Below, piece by piece: positions 1 to 15,900 of a stretch of 64,000 nt of DNA; the first letter of the stretch is position 1; every line of letters starts with the position of its first letter. This DNA comes from Raillietiella orientalis (taxonomy: Eukaryota). The notes under the pieces are model-generated. The model had not been told where the DNA came from and made no database searches. It saw only the letters and a program-made list of their open reading frames with translations. The DNA lies in assembly GCA_036172245.1 (NCBI GenBank), contig JAYWIR010000017.1:1674001-1738000 (forward strand), read 5' to 3'. Made by a program: the position numbers and the translations under genes.

Positions 1-311
1 AAATATAATCCAATAAAGTATTATACGATTCCGTTTTAATACGCTAATTTGTGTACTCAAAATACCTTTGCTGTCGATAAGAATAAATGTCCTCAGAGAA
101 CCAGGATTTTTAGATACAAAAAAATTGCAAATTCAGTCTTAGCCAAATTCATTGATGAAAATGAAAGGCAAACCCGCATATATTAAACAGTATCCTCAAA
201 ATGAGTCATGTACACCAAAAAAAATGGCCTCATAAAATAAAACGACTTAATCTCCGCTCATACAAAAGCATGAATTTTCGGGAAACTTTTGCAGTTATTA
301 ATCTTAATAAT

Positions 312-3060
312 TCAAGTCACTGCTTCTTTTAACATTCCAATAGGAAGCTGTTCATGTTCATGTTCTATAAAAACAATGTCAGAACCACGACTATGGTTGA
401 CTTCACATTTAAGTTGGTTTCCAGCATATTGCATTCATCTGGGCATTTGAAAAATGATAACTAATTTTCCTCTATATGGACAATTAAATACAACCGAAAA
501 GTTTAAGCTCAAAAAAAAACTGATAGTCCTTATTTACATTTGTGAAATAATTCATCCCCATTGTAGCAGCTTATAATATCAATTGAACACTTGTAGAGAC
601 GAGAATACTCTTCGAAAGATGTCAATTTGAGAGCTGGCCCTTTTCTATGTTGTTCTGTTTATGTTTTCAAAAGCTTTTGTTTATTTACTTTTATACGTTG
701 TCGATGATTTTGTGTGTTTATATATGCAAATTTGAATTTTTCGGATTTGTGTAATCCTCGGTAGACAGAACTAATGTATGCAAACACAAAAGATTTTCAC
801 CACTCAGTGTATGTTCTGTGCAGTTAGGAATCCATTCGTATCAATTCACATCTGTTCTTCAGTTTTTCAGAGATTCACTTTACGGCGTTTCTTAATGTAT
901 GATTCTTAATTAATGTGTTGCTATCTTGAAGGATGCAACGAACACTTTCAAATACCGAAATAACCATGAGTCAAGGGAGAGTTGATATGTGTGTTAGTGT
1001 ATTTCAGGTGGTGTGTTGATGAAACAGAACAAATGACTAAAGCGCTCTTAGTAAAGTACTCGTTTTTAGATGAATCTCAAAAAAGTGGGAATATAATTAA
1101 ACGTGTCTAAAATTAGATTAATATATGTTTTGAGTTTGCAAAAGGAGACAACAAGCAGTCCCCCAAAAATAAAAATTTCATAGGATAATAAATGTTATTA
1201 CATGTTCACGGCAATATCACATTTCACATTTCTTAGACACATTTTCACTTTTCTTAGTCTTTTCTTTTCATCTATCCATAAATAATTATTTTGTGATTTA
1301 TGATGAGAGAATTACATGTCTTAGGAAATCTCTAAAGTCATGTGCATATCGCTGAAAATAGTATCCTATTACAACTCCATGTTTGCCCCTCAAATTTAGT
1401 TTTTCAATCATCATTTCATTAATGATTAGTTTACTGAGACTTTCATTGAAAAAACATTTATTTCAAAGGGGTCGTGTAATCTAATGGCTATGCACGAATG
1501 CATTAAGCAAGGAAGGAATGTCCTCTCAATGATATTCGTAGACTTATTCAACTGGAAGTACACCAAATGTTCACCATCACTTGACGTTTTAACCGCATAA
1601 CTTTAAACAAATTTCGAATCAATTCAAGACAGTCTTTTCTCCAGTTAGTCCAGATTCAACATTCTTTGGATATAGAGTCAATAAAAAAAGGAATCGGTAA
1701 CTCGAAATCCAGAGAAATCACCAAGCATGAATAACAGCTCCAGTTTACCTTTATGTTTGTGGTTAGCAGAGACAACAAAACAGAAGAAAACTGTCATTTG
1801 AAAGATACTTTCTGTCTGAAGCTATAGCTGAGCATTTTGAGTGAAATAAGGCAATCAACTGGTAGCTGGTTAGAAGTGGTAGAAGCTGTTAGCGCACAAG
1901 GGCTATGTTCGTGTTTCGGATGTAATCAGTTACTATAGGATTTCGAAACCAGGGCCTTTTTTGAAGACCACAAGATAATGTGCAATCAGTAAGTATAATC
2001 ATCAAGCGTAACAATCTTGTCTGTAAAAAATAATTTATTGTGTCTCTTTTGCTTAACTCTAAATTTCATTTAACATAGATTTGAATATCTAACAAGGCAC
2101 TATTTTTATTTCATGTCAAATGAAAACATTAAAGTTTCCTTTATTGAGGGCAGATTCAGAATTCTACATCATCAAGACTGATGTAGAATGTAGATTCTAC
2201 ATCATTCTTATCATTCTACATCTACCATTAAAACATGCACCACACAATTATAAAATTATGACTACACCTAAAGCCCAGCATTTTATTTCTGGTATTTGCA
2301 AACCGAAACTGGTCTCAAAAAGCATTTGGCTTTGCTTTATCGGATGAACTTCAAATCTGTATGCAGTCTTAGAGTATCTGTTTGAAGCATATCACACCAC
2401 ACATGTAGCTTTCTTGTGGAAGTAAACCTACAAGCTCATAAATATGAAACTGGCAAGTGAGATATTCTGACCCTTAAGCATTCTCATGGTCTACTTTTTG
2501 TTTTATTTTTCACAACACCAAAATCTTTCCATACACAATTCAGTAAGCTTAAATGACTTGGTACCAAACTTGCAACTTCTTTTTATACAGGAGAATGCCA
2601 TGTTCCCTAGCCTGAACAAAAACTCCTTCAACATCAAGTTGCAGACCTGATGCCTTTTTGTTGATGTATTAGAACTGAATACAAATTTTCTTAAGATACA
2701 TATTCAAAAATCTAAAATGGTGTTAAATAGCATTTCCCTGACAAACATTTCTCAATTTTGTATATCTCCCAAGCTCCCATACTTGCATGATAAAGAATCA
2801 GTTGCCTGCCTATTTTTTTTTTTTCATAGTTGATTGAGCACTATTCTAAAATCCGACTCTAAATACTAAAGATTTCTGTTGGCACATTTTTTTTTTCTTC
2901 CCCTGGTGAAAGTTAGTTCCAGTTCTGTTAGTTTAATTTTGCAATTATCCGTCAACACCATCAAAAGCTGCAAAGCAATTATCCATCAATTTCTTCTTAT
3001 TTTCAATGTTTGTGCCACTCAAACAATTTTCATTCATTCATTGGAGCTGTATTGCAAAAT
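312..3060 (-). pseudogene. Decayed multi-exon coding sequence of unknown family immediately downstream of PCNA
   Basis: Minus-strand segments (~2020-1460, ~965-540, ~460-312) read for long stretches in one frame, broken only by isolated TGA/TAA (e.g. VISVFESVRCILQDSNTLIKNHTLRNAVK*ISEKLKNRC...; last segment LSFFKCPDECNMLENQLKCEV...LKEAVT*). Some have AG acceptor-like starts (TTTTTTACAG near 2020). Family not recognised. Confidence 0.35.
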
Positions 3061-3197
3061 GTTGTAATTGAGTTGCTAGCAAACATCAATAAGCAAACTA
3101 ATGCATGTAATGGCAACTGTAATTAAGGGCCCTCAAACTTCACTCAAGTACGAAAACATATAAAACATAAAAAACTAAAGTTCCTTTTATTATGTGG

Positions 3198-4511
<1,314 letters not shown>

Positions 4512-7500
4512 TTAAAATACCACACTTCTACAAGATCATTATATAACATTCACATTTACGCGGCATCAAACAGGGCTTTCTAGGTCTTTTTTAGGTAACG
4601 GAATAAATAACTTAAACATTCTCATAATATAAAAATTTCGGATAGTAATGATTGAGAAAATGTTTTCTGTATGTTTCAGTTTATCAAGTAAATTTAATTT
4701 ATCATGAGAAAGTTCGATTTAATGTAATTTGATAGAGTTATCTCAAGAAATTCTGGTAGTAATATTCTCGATTGCTGAGAATGATAGATTGATTTCCTTA
4801 CTGGAAGTAACTTTTCCAAAAATAAATTAATAAATTGAAAGCTGGTGATAACTTTATTTATTTTTCTTTTAAGTTTTCTTCCTGCTAGCTATTTCCACTA
4901 TAGATGAATAACTGTATGCGAGAAAAACAGCAAAAATTAAAAAAAAGTAGTTTGTATTCTTTCCCCAATAATTGCACTCGAACCATCATTTAAATTCAAA
5001 TTTCAAATACACAAGATATTATTGCTTCCAAATAAATTTAATTCTGGAGGCTTTCATATTTTTGTTTTCACTACTAAGTGAAAAGATCTTTAGGAAATTT
5101 CCTTGCCAAGTACTATGCCAATTACTTGCATTGTTTGTCATTGTTTTTATATTGCAAGCATAATTTTGTCAACAATTTCAACCCACAGTATTTCTGTAAT
5201 TGCTTATCACAAACATCATTCATTGAAATGACTTGTGATTCCAAACTCAGATGTTTTTTTTCCAATTGCTTTCTTGGAAACCAAAAGGTAAGCGTTATTA
5301 CTTGATATTATTCCTATCTGTAGTGATGATGTCATGTGATTATAGCCAAATAGATTTATAGCTTTCTCAGTTTGTTAGTTTTATGCTCGTTAACTGATTT
5401 TTCTCTTCAAAGAAAAATATATTTTGAAGCCTAATTCAAAATAAACTTACTTGTGTTTTACCCTCAATAATTCAATCTATTTACTCAATCAATCTATTTA
5501 CCCTCTATAATTCTTTTTCTGAACGGTTTCTCTTTATTCGTTTACAATTTAGAAAATCCCGGAAGTGCCTTTACTTTGGTTCCATGAAATCAATGCTTCA
5601 TTAGTTCATGAATGAATACTGACTACATCTTAAATCTCATATAATTGATTTTGCTTTATTCGGTTATTTAGAGACCAGAAGCTCATAAGATAAGAACATA
5701 GGATCGGTGAATTTCCAAAGGGAATCCATCAATCCTGTGATTCTCTTTTGAAGTAGCATTAGAGGAATGCACAAAGTTCGAAAATGTCTCACGGATGGGA
5801 TACTGCTTACCAACTTGCCTCATCTTCAATTCACCTCAATTCTGCTGTTTTGAATCATAGTTCTGTGCTTTATGAGCTTATCGGCAGTTGCAAGTCTATG
5901 CGGATTTTTTTTTTTTAGCATATTTGCAAGCAATCAGAGATGAACAAAGGCACAAAGAGAGAAATGGATAGAAAGTTGACATGTTAACAGGGAGCTGAAT
6001 TCAGCTTCGGATCCTAATAATAATATTTGGTTGTTGCTGAAAAAACTATTGTCCACAGGTTCCTTGCAATTATGAGGAAGTTAGTAACTGAAGCTATACG
6101 TAATGCATACAAATGCTGGTACACAATAGCAAGGGATTTCGGTGACAAAAGGCACGCGTATGTAGATCATTATGATGTCCTTTTATTTGAGCACTTTGCT
6201 AAGATTTGTGCTGAAACAAAACGAAAAGAGAAGGGAGAATGACGAAGTCTTTGTAGAATGAGGAAGATGCGGCTAATTTCTGATTGATGTTTTTTGTTTT
6301 TTTATTTGGGTATTAGTTTTGAAGTCATTACCAACCACTCTTTTTCTGTGTGATGCCATTTGGTTTCCACTTAAGCATCAGGCCGTAGGAACGAAACATT
6401 CAGCTTTAGGGTCTTGTATTTCTCCTTTCTAGTTGAAAAAAGAGGGTTTATCTCAGGACATCACTCAGAAAGTTTGTGCAGACGAATCAATAATTCAAGA
6501 GCATTTCATTTACTTAGACCTCGACTGTTTCTGGGTAGTACAGATAATAACAGAGAAGGGTACCGACTTATGTAAAGATAGGAAACCTTTGAACACGTAT
6601 TTACCCAAAAGAATTGAGAGAATTCAGCGATCTTATTTTTCTTAAGAGATTCGGAAGATGGGTGCAGGACAAAGAACTCTGGTGATCAACAAAGATCAAC
6701 AAAGTACAATTACTGATAGCTCTAGTGGAAATCCAAATTTTGCAAGAGATGAAGATAATGGCAACGGAAATCTCTTGAGAATCCGTCTCGAAGAGAAGTC
6801 TTCCTCACCTGAAGCAAGCCTGTGCTGCTGCCGCTTGCTCAGCAAAGTAGGAGCAGAGACGAGGTAGTCGCAGGAGGTAACCAGAAAACCACCAGATAGT
6901 AAAAATCCACGTGATATTCGTAGCTCAGTGTCTCTCTCAATTATTGGTAGCGGACACATGTCTCCAAGAAGCCAGAGGGGAAGAAGGGGAAGGGGATGAA
7001 AAATAGGGCTACAATGCTAATAAGCTCTGCTCAAAACTGAAAGTGCATCGAAATGATAATGTGCCTTCGGATCACAAGGAAAGGAGAACAACGCTTGAGA
7101 CGAGTAGGGAGGGATTACCAGTTTTTTTACCCGAATATGCCGGAGCCTTCATTATTAAAATTTTTCAATAAAATTTTATAATAAAGTCTAAAAGTGTTTT
7201 TCACTCAGAACGCATGGTTCTGACTGACTTGGGCACTTATCCTTACGGACCCGCAGGCCGGTGAGGTCCTCTCCAATGGTGAAGGGGCGGGAAAACCAGG
7301 AAAAAAAAGAACAGAAAACAACGAGGATTACCAGGTAGAGACCAGTGGAAAGTCTTTAACACTTTATTCTAGTTTCCACTAATCGTTTACGAGATACGCA
7401 TCTGTAGAACTTCTGTTTTACTTAGAGGCATGGGCTGCCTTAATCGCGGAGTAGTCTGAAGTATTTCGAAGGAAGTTGAGGGGAGACGAAGTGCACCCTG

Positions 7501-10394
7501 TAGCGCTGCTGGAGCTCCCGTGGCTGCTTCTGAAAAGCAGATGGATGAAGTTCTGCATTCGGATCCCCCTTTGAATCCTGAAACGTATCACACGTTATAT
7601 CAGAAATCAGCAGAAGAAAACAAGAGTCCAAAGTCTCATCTGATGCCCGCTGGCGGTCCTTCTCTCCAGCGAGGCCTAGAAAAATATCAAGACAGATGGA
7701 GACGTTCTTCTGGGAGCAAAAAGGGAGAGGAACTCATTCACATGAAAAGTAATCATTCAAGAGATATCGGATGATACGTTGTATAAGATATGGAGAAGAG
7801 GCATCCGATCTACTTCCGCAAGGATTACCTCAGAGACAGTTCATTCCGTCCTACACTCAAATTTTTTGCATATTAAGGCATTTTTTTTTTGTTCGAAGAA
7901 ACAAAAAGTCACATGATTTCCATAGGGCAAACGTCGTTTTATGGTAGTTTAAAATGCTTACTTTTTTATGCATCGGAGATCATGGCTGTTATTTCTGGGG
8001 GACGATGTTCACCTGAAAACGTTGTTCTTTAATTTGCATTTGGTGTGCATGGATGAAATATGATGATGGCAACAGAAATGCATTATCATTAGAAATTCAG
8101 ATGATGCAGTTGCTTAGCAACAAAATTTTCTTCTTCCTTCTCTGTAAAATGAACCATGAAATTCTGAGATACTGATCGAGTGATACCAATTTACCCAACA
8201 TAAATTCCATCTGGTTCTTCGTGCTATTCCCCCAAGTATGAGTTTACATGTGAAAGAACTTCTGAAAAAGGCAACTCAGGAAACCACAGAAACAAATCCG
8301 AAAAAACAAGTTTTGTTTTATCGAGAGAAGGTTCCTGATGAATCCACTTTCTATGTCAGAGAAGTTAGAGATACAAGATGCCAGAGTACCCATTCTATAT
8401 GTATATGTGACTGGAATTTGCTTTTGACATTTGTTGCTGTTCTGTCCATCATCATGTGAGTCAGTTTGGAGAAATTTCATTACTGCTAATTAGCAATTTA
8501 ATCAAACTCGTCATGTGGAAGTTGTGTAATTGCTTTTCGAGTTCTAATATCAGATCGATTTTGACTCGAAAGCAAACACATACACACACAATGAACCAAA
8601 GAATTTCTTCTGCTTGATTCTTCACGTTCACGCCTTGGTTATTTTGAGGGCTACTGTACTCATGTGAAACCCTGAGTCTGACTGACCGCTCTGTCGGCGG
8701 ACACGTGGATTTGTCGTTTATTCTGCTTTGAAACAACAAAAGCAGTGTCCTGCTACCGCAGCACAGTGTGTCCTTACATGAGCTTCCGGTATTACAAATA
8801 TTATTCCGCTCATTAAAAACCTCAAGTCAACTTACATAGTTTACTCAACATAGTCTCATTAGAATAGGCCTGCCTTACAGTATCTTTGTGTCATGAAAAT
8901 GATTCCAAGGTTGAATCTATTGGACAGAAGATGAAATATTCAAAATGTACTGACAGCGAAATTTCAAATTTGATCCTTTTGACTCCACTTCTCTTGATAA
9001 TTAGCAATTTTTATTCTATTCCATAAATATAATTCTACAATGGATAAAATCAATGATAAAATCAAGTCTGGACTTTTGTGTAGCTTGCATTGGGTAGTAA
9101 GAAACACATCACAATAGTATGATTGCTATAATTCATGTAATTCCATCAGTCAATGAAGTATCCTGGTGACCGTTGAAAATTTTCCAAGACACCAAAGTTC
9201 CAAACTTTACGTTGTCTAAGTGAAGCTCAGAGGAAACGGCAACATAATGCAGCTGCTGTAATTGATTGGTCCTTCCACAGAGTTCCTTTTTCGTACTTTT
9301 CTGTGTGGGAGACGCTTGAAATTGGATTACGGATTCACTGAAAAGTTTCTATCTATTGAAAAAATATGCAGTTGATGCGATGGTTTTTCTCTCTTTTTTA
9401 TTTTTTCTCCAATGCCGGTATAATTCTTGAAGAAACGCTTTTCAGAACATCAGAACCCACTGCATTTCACTATGGCCGATCTACGTATTTCGTTCTTCAT
9501 CTGTAAGGTCGCAAAATTCTGATTATGCTCCTTGTTCGTGGGCTCCAGTGGGAGTTTCGCTTTCGAATTTTGTCAACTCCAGTCATGGCAACTGATTCTT
9601 AGTGTAATACGTAACATAAGCGGCAGACATCTCCCATGCTTCTCTGTTTCTGAAAACGCTGATATGGGAAGCAGCTATTTGACTTTTAAGAGGGCATTTC
9701 GTGTGGACTCATGGATCGAGTGATATTAAAATTCAAGTCTTAGAGGTAATTATTATAACTGCCAGCTGCAAAGGTGAATGGACTGTTTCAAATTTGTACT
9801 CTGACTTTCCGTTTGATTTATTGGTTTTAACTGAGCCCTTGGTGTGATGGTGGCAGGCAAATTCTATTCCTGATCCTTTCTAGCAGCAGTACTTGCTCCT
9901 CTCGGACATTGACTTGCTTTCCAAGATTTGTACAGAGACCTCTTTCCTCACTCCTCAAGAATCCTCGCGCATTAGACAACACAAACGTTCCTTAGAATCT
10001 CACGGGATATTTATACTGATCAATAGTCAGTAAAGAAGCCATCCAGTCGCTGAGATCTCAGGTGCGTCTTTATAAAAATTTGAGCTGTTAGTTTTCTTCA
10101 TTAACTTTGGTTCTCTCAATGCAGACCATATGTCTAACTTCATCAGCCTTGAGAACTTTGTTTCCCGCGACAGCTATGCATCGTCTTGACTGGTTTCACC
10201 TGGAAGTTTACTGGAAAAGTTTGAAAGAAAAAGACACTAAAAACGAATAAACAGAAACATGAGAAAAACTCCTTCTGACTACTTCTGCCCTGGCAATCCT
10301 TTCTCGGTACCATTTTCTGATTTCGGTTTCTTTCCTCTTTCTTTTCGATTCTTCTTCACTAAACAAATCTTTTTCCAAATACTTTTTTTCGATG

Positions 10395-10878
10395 TCACTG
10401 GTCTGTTCCTGTTTCATCGGAGCCAAATGGGATTCCTGTTTTTTTCATCCAGGTCTGAAGCATATTCCACTTCTGTTTTCTCTCCAGCTCGCTGGGATAG
10501 GAAATTGGCGTTTGCGTGCACACCGGTTCGCTGAGAGCCCTGCGACGAAAGCATGGCAACGCGGCGTTGTGTTCATGGAAGGAAGACTGCCCAGAAACCA
10601 AGAAAGCATCCTCTGCGCTAATGAGCTTTTGCAGATGTTCTGGGAATTCAGAATGTCTAGAAAATTCTCGATTGGGAGAACTGCTCAACTTCGATCGCCA
10701 GAATTCTCGATGTGTTGAAGCCCCTCCTCCATCGCATGGCTGCAGAAGTCATCTGGCGATAAGGAGTGGAATCAGTAGACGATTGAGATCGGGTGGGTTT
10801 TGCGTCTCCCAAGTCCGTGAAAGAGGCCATCAAAACAGAGACCTCTCGGACGATACTGAGCAGTTCAGCTGGAGACAT
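10395..10878 (-). pseudogene. Degenerate tandem death-domain-like modules
   Basis: Two successive motifs resemble death-domain helices: ...ALSEPVCTQTPISYPSELERKQKWNMLQTWMKKTG, and SPAELLSIVREV...DLG...DSTPYRQMTSAAMRWRRG. They are separated by a frameshift. Recognised by eye only. Confidence 0.45.
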
Positions 10879-12619
10879 TGAGTAGCGTTACATGAGGAAG
10901 ACATGGGTTTCACTTTCCTCTCTTTCCTCTTTTCGCACAGCTTCTTTGCCGATGCACTGGTAAATGAACACCGCTTCACGGGAGTCCACCTTCCTCTCGT
11001 TGTTGCGATCCCATCTACCGAAGATTTCGGAGCACATCATGCCTCTACTGAGAAGATTATACTCTCAACGGAAGAAGAAAAAGAAAAAAGACAGTGAAAA
11101 CTGTGATCAAGAAGAAATGCCCTGTAAGCAGAGAACAGGCGAACGTTTATCCGTGACAGAATGGTGGTCCAGTTCCACAGAGTAGCAACTGGTGGAATAG
11201 CTTCTGGTTATTTTCGTGTTGAGTTAAAACCGCTAGAGGACGAAACAGCAGCATGGAACAATGAGAGCAAGACTTTTCCACGAGAGCAAGACTTTCGTGT
11301 GCAATGAAAAGTGCCAAAGTTTTGAAAGTCCATCTTGTAGATTTGGATATTCGTGCATCGACAAAAGCCTATATAATAATATGCGAGTTTTAACGGACAG
11401 CTATAAGACTTGGAGAAAGAGACTGTCTATTGGAATAAAATGGGAACTGTTTCAAGATGTGCCAGTGCTAAAGGTGACTTTTGAACACATGATACAGGAA
11501 TGTTATGATAACTAAGGAAGAGGACAAAGGAAGAGAACAAAAAATCCTAGGCTATGCAGCGGATGATTTCGTTTTCAAAAAGCATCAGTAATTCTAATGA
11601 GATTCTAATCAGGACAGGAAAGCATTCCAATTGCTCAAAACTGTAAGAGTTGTAATAGATTTTCCATAAAGATCAGACGATAAAAGCAGAAAGGCACATT
11701 TCGGGCATTCAAGGTGGACAGAGTTGCGCGAAGAATTTGAAAGAAACTTCGACAGTTCAGGGTTCTGGAATTCTTCTCCAGAGAAATAAAACTTTATTTC
11801 TTGCTGACAATGTAAAAATATAAGGAAAGCTATGTCCGATACGAACATTGACATTTGAGCTATTCAGCTTGATTTTTTATTAAGATTCAGTAGACTAGGA
11901 GACGAAAACTAGAAGAAGGAAAGAGAAACAGGTCTTTCTCTTATTGCAAATATGCATCATATGAAGGTGACAGAGAAGAGCAAAATCGAACACGGCATCT
12001 CAATTACACATCTCAGAAGACTGCCTGATTGAACGTCATCGTCTTAATGAAACCATGAAGCAGTGCAACGACCGAACAAAATTGAACCGTCTTTCAATCA
12101 TCTTGGAAAAATCGATATCATTTTCCTTTCTCTCAATTTGGCAATTTCTGCTTGAGCTACACTTCAAAGATCAACAAGTTAGATCGAATTGTACCGACAA
12201 ATCAATAAGATGTGTGATGCTGGAAATGAAGCTTATCTGTGGCTGCGTATATTTGCTCATAAACTTCATAGTGAGAGTGCTGCCTTAGTGTGTGAATCTC
12301 ACCCGAAAAATGTATAAGCCCATTCAAATCAATTGTACGTATTTACTGTTCCCCAAGTGTGCGAACATGGAGCATCCATCTGATGTGCTGGAACTGGACT
12401 CAATAATTGCAACCCTTCACGTTAGAGGAAGCCGTTACCAACAACCGGAGCACCACAGAACGTGATGGCATTGCCATGGAACACCTATGTCTGTAAATGG
12501 ACATGGTAATGTGGACAGAAAAATATCTTCCTGGTTTAAGGAGGAGACTTAAACCAGAAAGGTTGGTTTGGCTGGTAAATCAGGATTTTCTCCCTCGAAA
12601 CTCGAAGTTTTAAACCGTC

Positions 12620-12970
12620 TTAAACCAGGAGCCTTTTTCTGGGAAGTCTGGTTTGTCAACTATGCTTCTAAGGAAAAAATAGGGAGCTTTAAAATTTGAA
12701 CTGTACTTGGGGCGTTGGGATGCATCTTCTAATCAGAATTATAACCAGAATTGTTATTTAACTCCTTGCTAACCAAATTTAAAAGTCAGCTACCTCGTGA
12801 TACTTTTCATCCTTTTGAATCGTAATCTTTAGATAAAAACAATCGCAAAACAAGATTGGAAACATCCATTCCAACGTCCCGCGTACAGTTCAAATTTCAA
12901 AGGCCTCCTAGTTTCTTTCTCGGAAGCTCAGTTGATAAACCAGGCTTTGAGAAAAAGGCTCATGGTTCAG
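12620..12970. mobile_element. Fold-back/MITE-like element with ~115-bp degenerate inverted repeats
   Basis: 12620-12735 is the approximate reverse complement of 12854-12970 (e.g. AAATTTGAACTGTAC / GTACAGTTCAAATTT; AGCCTTTTTCT / AGAAAAAGGCT), with a ~120-bp spacer. Confidence 0.7.
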
Positions 12971-15900
12971 CAATTTTTTTTCTACCTTTTTTTTTAACCT
13001 CTAGAAATCAATCCTCTACAAAACAAGCTTTCCTAAACGTCCGAGGAGTTGTGGAGGATGGTAAAAATAGATTTACCTATGACCCTATAGAGGGAAGAAG
13101 GTTGAAAGAGATAAAATCATTTGAGCAAGTACGCGATGAGCGTACGGGCTAGTGGAAGACTTGTGCTACTGCAAAATGAGAAGCACCCCCGCATTCAGCG
13201 TCTGCATTAGCAATGCATAAGGCCGAAACTCCATAAACTCCATAACTGCAAAACTCCTGTTATTAGCTTCAGGGCATACGGAATAAACGTTGAAGAGATG
13301 AAAAAAAAATTAATTCCGGTGAAGTGAACGAGCTGGTAAGCGACCCAGATTTATAGTGGCGAATATGGCTACGTGGACTTTTCATGAGATTGAATTCTTA
13401 GTATAAGTCCTATGCTTGTTCCTCTGGGAAAATATAAATTTACTTCAAGGAAAAGCATTTTTTGGGAAACAAAAGGGGATCAAGGAAAATAACACAGTGT
13501 TCCAAGGCATAGGTTAGTTACCTCTATCTTTCCTTAGAGAGAAATGAGGCGATTTTTGAGAAAGCTTGAGATCAGGTGAATTTAACATCAGAAAGGAAGA
13601 AACATCAAGGAAATACTTCTGCTTGAACATCCACCAAGGACATCCCACTCAAGAGAATGATGTCTGGTCTGCAGAACAGAGAGCAAATTCCTCTAAAAAC
13701 TAAAGAGAATTCTTTCCATCCTGACTTTTACATGTTAAGAAAACAGTCATTTTTTTTTTTTTTTTAGCTTCTGGATTCGGGAAGGAGCACACCACCGTTT
13801 CCTAGACCTTTTTCTTTTCCTGATTCACATTAAAAAAAATTTTAATCCACTTTTGTAGCAACTCGTTATAGTACACCTTGGCGATTTTAAGCAGCTTCGT
13901 CGTCGCTTCCTATCGATTTAGGCAAGTCTTTGAAGTCTCTTCCCCATTTGTATTTTATGCTGTTTCGTACAATCGCCAAACTGCTAACAACTCTCGCGCC
14001 ACAGTCATGCTATCAGTAATTTAGCAGAGTTCCTCTCAGTTATTTTTCTCCACGGTAACAAGAAGGATTACGTGGGATCTGCATCTGGAATTCCGGAGGC
14101 AATATGTGAAATCCGTTTTAGGAAATCTTGAATCTTGAAGCATCACATCATTAGACTTCCTCATAACGTGAGGATAACCGATATATCTCAGCTATCTTGA
14201 TTTATGAGAAGAAGGAGGAAGAGACAGGGGAAAAAAATGCCTTCGGCTTATTTTCTTGCCTTAAATATCCGGCTGGCTTTAGGAATGCGTTTTAAAAATC
14301 GAGATTGATCTCGGTGGAAATGAATTCAATACAAATAAAGTCTACTTTTTCGTCGAAGGATCTATGAAATATCCAGGATCTGTGAAAGATAAATGCACTC
14401 AAGGAAGAGGCAATGAAGTACGTCTCAGCATCCAGAGTTTTTCGTTTAACTGAAACGAAGAATGGCATGTGTGTTCGATGATCCTAAATCTCAATACTTG
14501 CGTAAAAGCTAAACGATAGACTTTTGTGGAAGTTACCAGCAAGTCAATCGAATGAATTTGGAAACGTCTCCTCAAAAGTATTTCAGTGTTGCTGTCTGCA
14601 CGTTGTGCACATTCTCTGATGAGATAAAGGTAGCTGCGAATGCTAAACAAGGAAACAGACTTAAAGAACATGAAGCAAATAAACGCACGGAATGGAATCT
14701 GTTCACCTACGGCTTGCTTTCTTCGCTGAAGGACAGACTTTCTGCACATTGCGTTGTTTCCTTTTATATTCTGGTATAAACACTGGATTAAATACGTAAT
14801 ATGCAGTCTTTATTCTAAGATTTGAAGCTGTCCATTTCTCATATAGTGCAGATTTTGAAATGAAAGATGATGATGAATTCTCTTGATAGCATGCTCGTCC
14901 CACACCAGCTGGAACATCTGTTTTCAGATGTCGTTTATCTCTTGATAAGAATGATTTTATACAGCATCGCCTTCAGTAATCTACGTTTTGCCAGAAATCC
15001 AACTCTGCATGTAGGGGTTGAATCTGAGTCTTCCGTGCAAGATGTACCATTTTCTCTTTTCAGGATACTGGTCTTCTAGGTGTCTTCAATGCGATTATTA
15101 TTCTATCCTTCTCTGATCTAAGAAGTGAGAACGAAAATTATCTTTTGCGTCGTGAGGTACATTCTCTTTTTTTCCTCAACTACACAAGATTAGATGTTAT
15201 TCGTTTAGATTCCTGTATTACATGATGATGATTCGAGTGTTTCTAAATCTGCTTTGACAGCTTTTTGCCTAGTGTTTGCAGGAAGCCAAATTCAGATCAA
15301 AAATTCGAAAGATTTAAAATTTAAATAGTAAATCCAACTCAAAGCGTCAGAGTTTCATGGATTGCTGCAAACTTCTATAACCGAACATCCTTGCATCTGA
15401 GCAGCTCGTGACTGAATTCCCTCGTTACAGCATTTTGCTCCAAACCCCATAACAGTGACACTTAGGATCTGTTATATAAAATATAACACAACTGACGATG
15501 TTTCCGTCAATGTTGTTATTGTTTTCACTTTAGCCTCAGTTGAACTTCTCATTCAATACCCTTTCTATGATGAAACAAGTGATGGAAGTCTCACTGCTGG
15601 TGGAATTCAGGGAGATTAATCCTTTCGGATGAATGAGCATCTAATCAGTTAATCGTAAAATAAAAAGCAAATAAACAAACAAAGGTTGCTTCTCCCCACA
15701 GTGTCATCAGTAGTTACACAGATGAGGCGATTCACGGAGGGACATTCCAAGAAAATGGCGAATCATCTTGATTTGAAACAGAAGCAACTGAAAAACATTC
15801 TCTGAACCTTCTGGTTATCACGAATCATGATCTATTGAGCACGAAAAGAACAATGAAAAAAAAAAAACAAATGCTACTTATGAGAATGCAAGAACAGTCA

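Noticed and set aside
4555..4566. E2F-like site (TTTACGCGGC) upstream of PCNA
   Set aside because: Imperfect match to TTTSSCGC and the transcription start is unknown.
10395..10700. IS630/Tc1-like transposase reading of HNAA...WMKKTGIPF
   Set aside because: No DDE residues in proper spacing; the death-domain pattern fits better.
13040..13170. Possible RTE 3' remnant (EQVRDERTG*WK)
   Set aside because: Only a few residues match and there is no supporting RT sequence.
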